DNA of 59,574 bases, filler included, from Dimargaris cristalligena (lineage: Eukaryota): NCBI GenBank assembly GCA_003614675.1. It is 2 parts of 2 records of this genome, joined end to end, with 100 filler letters (N's around TTAATTAATTAA, not from the genome) between each part and the next. Parts side by side here need not be neighbours in the genome. Positions count along the whole stretch, not along the records: positions 29,842 to 59,574 come from ML002475.1; 1 more part is not named here. The stretch is one strand, 5' to 3'. A program made the translations under genes and the position numbers. Below are positions 58,299 to 59,574 of this stretch, piece after piece. The number at the start of each line of letters is the position of its first letter. Position 1 is the stretch's first letter. A model generated the notes under the pieces. It had not been told where the DNA came from. It saw nothing but the letters and a program-made list of their open reading frames with translations, and made no database searches.

Positions 58299-59574
58299 AT
58301 GCCCCGGACTCCCGCCCCGCACCCCGACGACGCTGCTGGCTCCACCAGTCATATTCTCCAACAGGTACAGCGTACTCGTCGCTCGCGCCTAGCCCAGGCC
58401 GCCGCCGCCACTGCCCATTCACCCGGCAGTCCTCCGCTCCCCCCAACGGCGCCCACTGACCCGGGGGGCAGCGGCGGTCCCGACACCTTCACCTCTATTC
58501 TCCTGAGTGACCCCGCCAGTCCTGTAGCAGCCACCGCCTACCAGGCCGACACCGCATCCAGTGCGGGCCTGGGGTCGTGGGTGAGTGTGGCGAGTAGCGG
58601 GGTCCTGTCGCTGAATGCGTCCGACATGGAGTCCGAATTGGATAGCGAAGGTGGCCACCTGACTCCCCGTGCCCGGACTAAACTCCAGCGTCGCCGAAGG
58701 GCCGCCATGTCCTCATTACCTCCCCTTCAACTACCTCTGGCCCCGCCGCAGCAGCTGTCACCACCCACTCGGATATCGCAGTCCACGGGGGCCAAGGGTC
58801 CGCACCCTAGTTTAGCCCAGGTGAATGTGAATGCGAATGCCAATACCACCGTCCCTCCACCGCCGCTCCCCACCCGTCCAACGGAGCAGCCAACCGCCAT
58901 GTCCCCTCTTCCAACCACCGGCGTCACAACTGAGGTTGAAGCGGAGCTTAGGGCCAGTCTATCGACCCTTCTCGAACCTCACTCGCGCCGACCATCGCTA
59001 CCTCCGCGTCGACAGGACCTCCGACCACTGGTGCTCGCTGTACCTACCCCTCCTCCCCTGGTCGAATTGGGTGACTTGGAAACGTCCAATGCTCCCTCAC
59101 CGGCGCCTTCCCTCTGCTCCGATATCATGGCGACTCCCGCCCCCGTACCCGCACCTAGCCACCACCACCCCCTACCGGCTACCACCCATTGGGAAGTAAT
59201 GGCCCGCCCCCAGACCCTCCGCCAAGTAGCGAGTTTGGCCTCCCTATCCCAGGGCCCGGATAATCATGCCCGCCGGCCCCACCCCTACCAGCCCCATTTC
59301 CACAGCCATAACTCCGTCGGCCCTAGCCAGTTCCAGATTTCCTCGTGGGCCACCCGGGGCACCCCTCTCCATATGGATACGGCCCTCTTGTTATTCTCCA
59401 ATCGGCCGGAAGCCCTGGTTTACATGGATCGGCCCAAAGCGCTAACTCCCCCTTACGACTACTGGTCCGCCGCATCCGACCGCTCTATGCGGCCCGTTGT
59501 GAATGTCGCACCGCCGTTACCCATCAATATCATCCCCTCCTATACCACGGCTTCCCCAGCCACGCCTCTCCCTC
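58299..59574 (+). CDS. Hypothetical Pro/Ser-rich protein, 3'-truncated by window end
   Basis: ATG 58299 opens a frame (MPRTPAPHPDDAAGSTSHILQQVQRTRRSRL...) with no stop through 59574 (about 425 codons). It is absent from the ORF track, probably because it has no stop. Confidence 0.7.
   Translation, partial: MPRTPAPHPDDAAGSTSHILQQVQRTRRSRLAQAAAATAHSPGSPPLPPTAPTDPGGSGGPDTFTSILLSDPASPVAATAYQADTASSAGLGSWVSVASSGVLSLNASDMESELDSEGGHLTPRARTKLQRRRRAAMSSLPPLQLPLAPPQQLSPPTRISQSTGAKGPHPSLAQVNVNANANTTVPPPPLPTRPTEQPTAMSPLPTTGVTTEVEAELRASLSTLLEPHSRRPSLPPRRQDLRPLVLAVPTPPPLVELGDLETSNAPSPAPSLCSDIMATPAPVPAPSHHHPLPATTHWEVMARPQTLRQVASLASLSQGPDNHARRPHPYQPHFHSHNSVGPSQFQISSWATRGTPLHMDTALLLFSNRPEALVYMDRPKALTPPYDYWSAASDRSMRPVVNVAPPLPINIIPSYTTASPATPLP

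Noticed and set aside
1..59574. tRNA, rRNA, spliceosomal snRNA, CRISPR array or prokaryotic operon
   Set aside because: No recognisable signatures found by eye and the sequence is intron-containing eukaryotic DNA; a tRNAscan-SE/Infernal run would be needed to exclude divergent RNAs.

Overview
Eukaryotic fungal genomic DNA with GT-AG introns and GC3-rich coding regions. The gene repertoire suggests an early-diverging fungus, possibly a Zoopagomycota mycoparasite such as Dimargaris; this is inference only. Recognisable genes: a P5-type ATPase (3' end outside the window) with an unusual signal peptide and Cys-rich ectodomain, a signal-peptide + F-box protein, a mitochondrial PPR-like protein, CCT8, an Mdm1/SNX13-type PXA-RGS-PX-PXC sorting nexin, a 7-exon ectodomain + 7TM receptor-like gene, a HAUS8/QWRF-like protein, NTH1, LSM8 (absent from the ORF track), PAT1, SCOT, mitochondrial L36 and two low-complexity hypothetical proteins. 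A gene-poor accessory block (about 3.6-15 kb) holds two inverted copies of a ~585-bp LTR-like repeat inside a ~2-kb CpG-free tract, with a transition-dominated, RIP-like mutation spectrum. It also holds a duplicated TATA-containing block and possible decayed secreted-protein pseudogenes. A third partial LTR copy lies next to a 100-bp assembly gap containing an artificial TTAATTAATTAA linker. Exon boundaries were derived by hand and need RNA-seq confirmation.
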